DNA of 61,669 bases, filler included, from Stramenopiles sp. TOSAG23-6 (lineage: Eukaryota): the NCBI GenBank assembly GCA_900128565.1. It is 13 parts of 13 records of this genome, joined end to end, with 100 filler letters (N's around TTAATTAATTAA, not from the genome) between each part and the next. Parts side by side here need not be neighbours in the genome. Positions count along the whole stretch, not along the records: positions 57,032 to 61,669 come from LT637108.1; 12 more parts are not named here. The stretch is one strand, 5' to 3'. The notes under the pieces are model-generated. The model did not search any database and was not told the DNA's origin. It saw only the letters and a program-made list of their open reading frames with translations. This document shows positions 57,032 to 61,669 of this stretch, piece by piece (within the stretch, counting starts at the first letter, position 1; each line of letters opens with the position of its first letter). The translations under genes and the position numbers were made by a program.

Positions 57032-59548
57032 TCTTACTTCTTATTATTTTACCACGTTGATGGGCTTGTATATGCACTGCTGCTTTATGTTTCTTTTGTT
57101 TTTGAATTCTCCATTTTTCCCGTTTCCTTTTTTCATCATTTCTTTTTTTTTCTAACTTGGCGTCACTCAATAATAAATTTGTTTTACATCTTGAAACTGA
57201 ACCTCTTTGATGTTTCTGTATAACTATTGATGCTTTATCTCTCATTTTGTTTTGTAACAAAATTTCAGATTCCTTTGTTGCATTTGCTTGTAAAATACGT
57301 CGTATTTCTTTGGCTTTTATCTGACGTTGTTTACACTGTATTACTACTGATGCCTCATTCATTTTTTGTTTTTGTTGATTTAATAAGAGTTTCAAATCAT
57401 TATTTCGTTTTTTTGTGATAAGAATACTTTTTGTATATCGGCTTTTAATGGCTTGTGGAGCTTCATTACTATTCCGTTTTTCCCAGGATAGTTTAACTGT
57501 ATATCTTTTATTTTTCGTTTGTTTTGNTTTGTCATGTTCCTCTATAATATTGTCTATTTCTTGTAATGTATATTTTTTCATTCCCATAGAATGTCCATGA
57601 CAATTAGAAATATCAATGCTTCCAACAGCACATATTTTCATTGGTATTTTGGTTTGTAGACAAATTATTAAGTGAGTATCATTAGTAATTGGGTCATCAT
57701 TGACACATAGCCAAAATACTTGTTCAATTGTTGATTCTTGACTAGTCTTATTATCATTTATTATTTGTATATTTCGTGATTTTTGATGTCTATGTAGTGG
57801 TGTATTTTGGTGAATGTATTCTATGTCTTTAACAGGATTCAGTATAGTTTTGTTATCTTTATGAAATGTAATATTTGGAATAGTACAAAACACATTACCT
57901 GAATTTTTCATTGAATTCTCATTATTTTGAGTATTATACATACTATTATCAATACTACTACTTGTATTCATTGAATTTGTTGAAACAGTAGTAGCAGAAG
58001 TAGAGCCACTACTAGTATCACTACTACTAGTATCACTACTACTAGTATCACTACTACTTGTATCACTACTACTTGTATCACTATTACTAGTATCAATACT
58101 AGGATTATCACCACTACTGCTTTTATCACTTGCTTTTAAAGTATTATCTTGACTACTATTCTTTTTAGTAGTAACAAAATTTGTACTCTTTTCTTTAACA
58201 ATATTTGTACTACAACTTTGTACGTGTATTCTTATCCAATTACCACCTGGTTTGACACGTGTCGTTCTTCTAGATACCATCCCACGATACGCAGATGAAA
58301 TTTGCGTTGATGATTTATGACTATGCTTTTTTCTTTCAATTTGTTGTGGTATACATTGTGGATAAATATATCAAATTTGAAATGTATGAATACAAAAATA
58401 ATAAAAATTATAAGTACAAAATTTAAAAAAAAATAGAATTCAGAAATGAAAATGTACATGACGTCACTATGACGAAGTTGTCTCCCCCGTTCTATTCTTT
58501 GAATGAGGATGGTTGCTCTTAAAGTTTTCATTTCATGAACTATTTTTTTACGTAATGAACGTCCACGATGTCTTGCTTGAATGTATGATGCAATTGTATG
58601 TGCGTCTTTTATGTAAGGGTGAAGAAAATATCAAATTCTATTTCTATTGTTAGATATTTAATTTAGTACGAAAAACAAAAACTCAAATTTGAATAATACA
58701 TTTGAATTATACATTTGAATAATACATTTGAATTATACATTTGAACAATACATTTGGAATTTCTAATGAAAACATACATATGTTTTGGATGTCGCCAGGG
58801 ACGCCATCTTCTTGTTGCATTTGTCCAGAGTCCAACTTGAATAAAATCATCTGTACCTTTTTTCTTACCTAAAACTTCATCATCAAGTTGAACTTCGTTT
58901 TTCAAATCAAAAGCATTTTGAAATAATCCACCAACTTCATCAAAGTCATCGCCCCATNTTTTGTGAACAAATATTTCAAACATTCAACTTTTTCTGTTAG
59001 GTANAAAATGTACNAAAAAAAAAGCNATACANTANGGNTAGGGTTGAAAACGTACATATTTCTCCAGCACCATACGCATCCATATTTTGTTCTATATTTT
59101 GATCACTTGATTCATTTTTTTTATAAATAGTATGGTTATCAAATGGATCAACTTCACCACTTACATAACTCAAATCATCATCCGAATGAAATATAAAACT
59201 ATTTTGTGAACTTTCCAAGACAGTACTATTTAATGAGTTTTTACTATATGCACTATGAATTCTTTTATGTCTATGGCCTAATTGTTTTTGATGTTGCTGA
59301 TAGTTTTCTGGACGATCATACGTCGAATGATTTGTTTTTCTGTTCCAATAATAAAAAGAACCTTCGTTGTATTCGTCAGCAATCTTTTCCCAGTCAGTTT
59401 TCAATTCCANTGGACGATTCAAATAACTTTTCTTACTTATTGGATTCCACCAAACTTCATTTCCGTTTTCATCAAAATACAAAACAATCTCTTGATTTTG
59501 AGATATGTGAGGTGTAGAATTATGAATTATATCACTGGAACTAATCAT
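57032..59548 (-). CDS. WW/IQ protein (duplicate copy)
   Basis: Same translation as 14277-16793. Confidence 0.8.
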
Positions 59549-59879
59549 GTCTTACGTTTGTTGAAATTCTTTTATATATGACTTAAAAGTGTCGTATTTT
59601 GTTGCATGGTGTTTATGTTTGTTTTTTTAATATAAATAAATATTCAATAACATATTGTACACGTAATACACTATCCTACACAAATGTTCAAAGTATACAA
59701 TTTCTATACAAGTTTACTGTGTTCCAAGACAAAAACAAGAAAAAACATAACACAAAGTACGTAATAGAAAACATATATATATCACTATTTTGGCAGTTAC
59801 AACTTTGTAAGTTGCAACCCTAACCCTAGAAATAATACTCTACTTTAAAAATTGCCAATAGAATAACATTTAATTTTTA

Positions 59880-60551
59880 TTAACTCAACACGGACCACCA
59901 TAGCGTAAAGCATAATANCAGTCCAATCAATATGGCTATAATGGTATTATCCCGAGTTTTCTTATTTTTAATGCGATGAATTAATTTCTTTGCACCAGGA
60001 AAAACACTTCCTATTTCTACTAATTTTGAACTCGCTGCAGTAAAAATTCGTCTTTGAGCAAAAATCTCATTTCGTGCTTCCATTGCATTATATATTATGT
60101 CTCCAGTCATTCTACTAGACTTATTGATTGCTCCTCGTTCACGTAAGAGTTCATCTGTCTCTCCTCTCATTCTATCCTCATCAGACAAATGAGCGTTTTT
60201 GAATAAAGAATTACTTTCTTGTTTTCTTCGTATACTAGTCTGAGTTCTGTTAAAGAATGTCCGATTGTCCCGTAATATATCCTTATATCTACGAAGGAGA
60301 GCCATGTTTGATACTTTTTTACACTGCTCAGTGCAGCTAGACATTTGTGTGACAGTGGCCTGTAATTTCTCAAGGAGTTCACTGGTTTCCGAAGCAGTGC
60401 GGGTCTCAGAACCTCTTGATCCACTCGATTGACTCTCAGCATCACCAAATGTTAAAGAACTATTGGAATCAAATTTTGAATATTCTTGTAGTTTAGATTC
60501 AAGGTCTCTCTCTAACTTTCGTGCTCGTTTCTTCAAATTTTCCCACAGCAT
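59880..60551 (-). CDS. GOSR1: Golgi SNARE Gos1 (duplicate copy)
   Basis: Same translation as 17125-17796. Confidence 0.9.
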   Translation of the reverse strand: MLWENLKKRARKLERDLESKLQEYSKFDSNSSLTFGDAESQSSGSRGSETRTASETSELLEKLQATVTQMSSCTEQCKKVSNMALLRRYKDILRDNRTFFNRTQTSIRRKQESNSLFKNAHLSDEDRMRGETDELLRERGAINKSSRMTGDIIYNAMEARNEIFAQRRIFTAASSKLVEIGSVFPGAKKLIHRIKNKKTRDNTIIAILIGLXLCFTLWWSVLS

Positions 60552-61039
60552 TTTTTAAACACTTTGATGGAAAACGTACTCTTCTGTCAGTTGCCTTTGT
60601 ACACTACAAATGAAACCTTTTCTACACTGTATGCCTATATATGCTATACAAGACAACGTAGAGAAACTTATATTCTAAAAAAACTAAGTATGTAAAGACA
60701 ATGTTCCTTTGACAATTTGTATTTATTTTTATACCGGTCTACTACGTAAACTACGTGTACTACAAAAAGGTACCAGGATCTCAGATCCGGAAGCTTCAGG
60801 AACCCTAACCCTAATTTTCTTTTATATATATATTCGTCAGAATCAGTTTCTTGCAAAGACTCTTCTGGATAATATGATGATCTTGAAGGTGCTGGAGTTG
60901 CGGTACCATTAGAAAGTACTATCAAAAATTAAAATTGAAGAAAAAAAATAAAAAAATTCATCATTTATCAGAATTTCAAAAACAATCAAAAATATAAAAA
61001 AGACATTTTTTTGAGCTCTTCACAAAAATATTCAAAATA

Positions 61040-61669
61040 TTATGCATCAGTGTCCATCTTATTCTCATCGCCTTCTTGTACAGCAGATAAAAAATCAATT
61101 AATTTTTGACCTTTGACATATTCAAACGGTTTGTCTTTCCCAACTACTGCGATAGAAATGTTTTTAGCTGTTAAATCACCATTTTCGTGAACGCAACCTT
61201 TCAAAGAACGAATGGCATATATTGTAGGAAAATATTTCAGATGCAATTATTTTGTTAGGTATTTTTGTTGATGATTTTTTACACGAAAAAAAAAATATGT
61301 AAAACAATGAAATAATGAAAACATACATGTTTGACTACTTCATCCACAGACATATTATCAAAGCCAGTCTTACCATCAAGATAAAATTTGTCAATATACG
61401 TTTTTGCAGATTGTGCTCGAGCGCCTATTGCCATGTAGAGTGAACATATATTTGAAATTTGAAAAATATGTTAGATATGAAAATAATAGTAAATTTGAAA
61501 TTGAAAGATGAAAAATGAAAACATACATTGCCGAGTATTCATAATAAGACCCAGAAGGTGATGTTTCATATAAATGTGCACCAGTACGATCGTAACCAGC
61601 GACTAGAAGTCCAACACCAAATGGTCGATTATTCCAGGTCGAGTATGCAATGCAGGCTGTCCGTCAGGG
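61040..61669 (-). CDS. PSMA1: Proteasome alpha-6 (duplicate copy), 5'-truncated
   Basis: Same sequence and the same two GT-AT introns as 18302-18931. Confidence 0.9.

Larger units (their letters stand above)
57032..61669. repeat. Near-identical second copy of contig 14277-18931
   Basis: Same start and end; differences cluster as small indels at ~60755-60880. Confidence 0.97.

Overview
This window is not one locus. It is 13 short (~4.65 kb, size-sorted) contigs from an AT-rich microbial eukaryote, joined by artificial 100-bp spacers (44 N + TTAATTAATTAA + 44 N). The organism may be a heterotrophic protist from a single-cell or metagenomic assembly; its taxon cannot be determined here. Contig 13 is a near-identical second copy of contig 4. 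The recognisable genes are ordinary eukaryotic ones: kinesin-8, ALDH6A1, UBIAD1, GOSR1, proteasome alpha-6, two-pore channel, Furry-like, Dispatched-like, choline-transporter-like, eIF5, a THUMP methyltransferase, an M50 protease, TMEM94, Sec1, DNAJC21 and tRNA-Arg(ACG). The striking signal is the introns. I traced about 50 by hand against conserved protein motifs. About 35-38 end in AT rather than AG, only about 7 end in AG, and two appear to lack the GT donor as well. They share one architecture: exon ...AT | GTAYRTTTT ... TTTCGTACGAAATTTTGTACCTAAC (palindrome plus branch-like motif) ... TTTGAAATATTTTTCCAAAATAC AT | exon. The ends carry a duplicated AT and short inverted termini (GTAT...ATAC), as expected of an Introner-like mobile element. 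This suggests a lineage whose dominant intron class is GT-AT. All splice sites are inferred from reading frame and homology only; there is no RNA evidence here.
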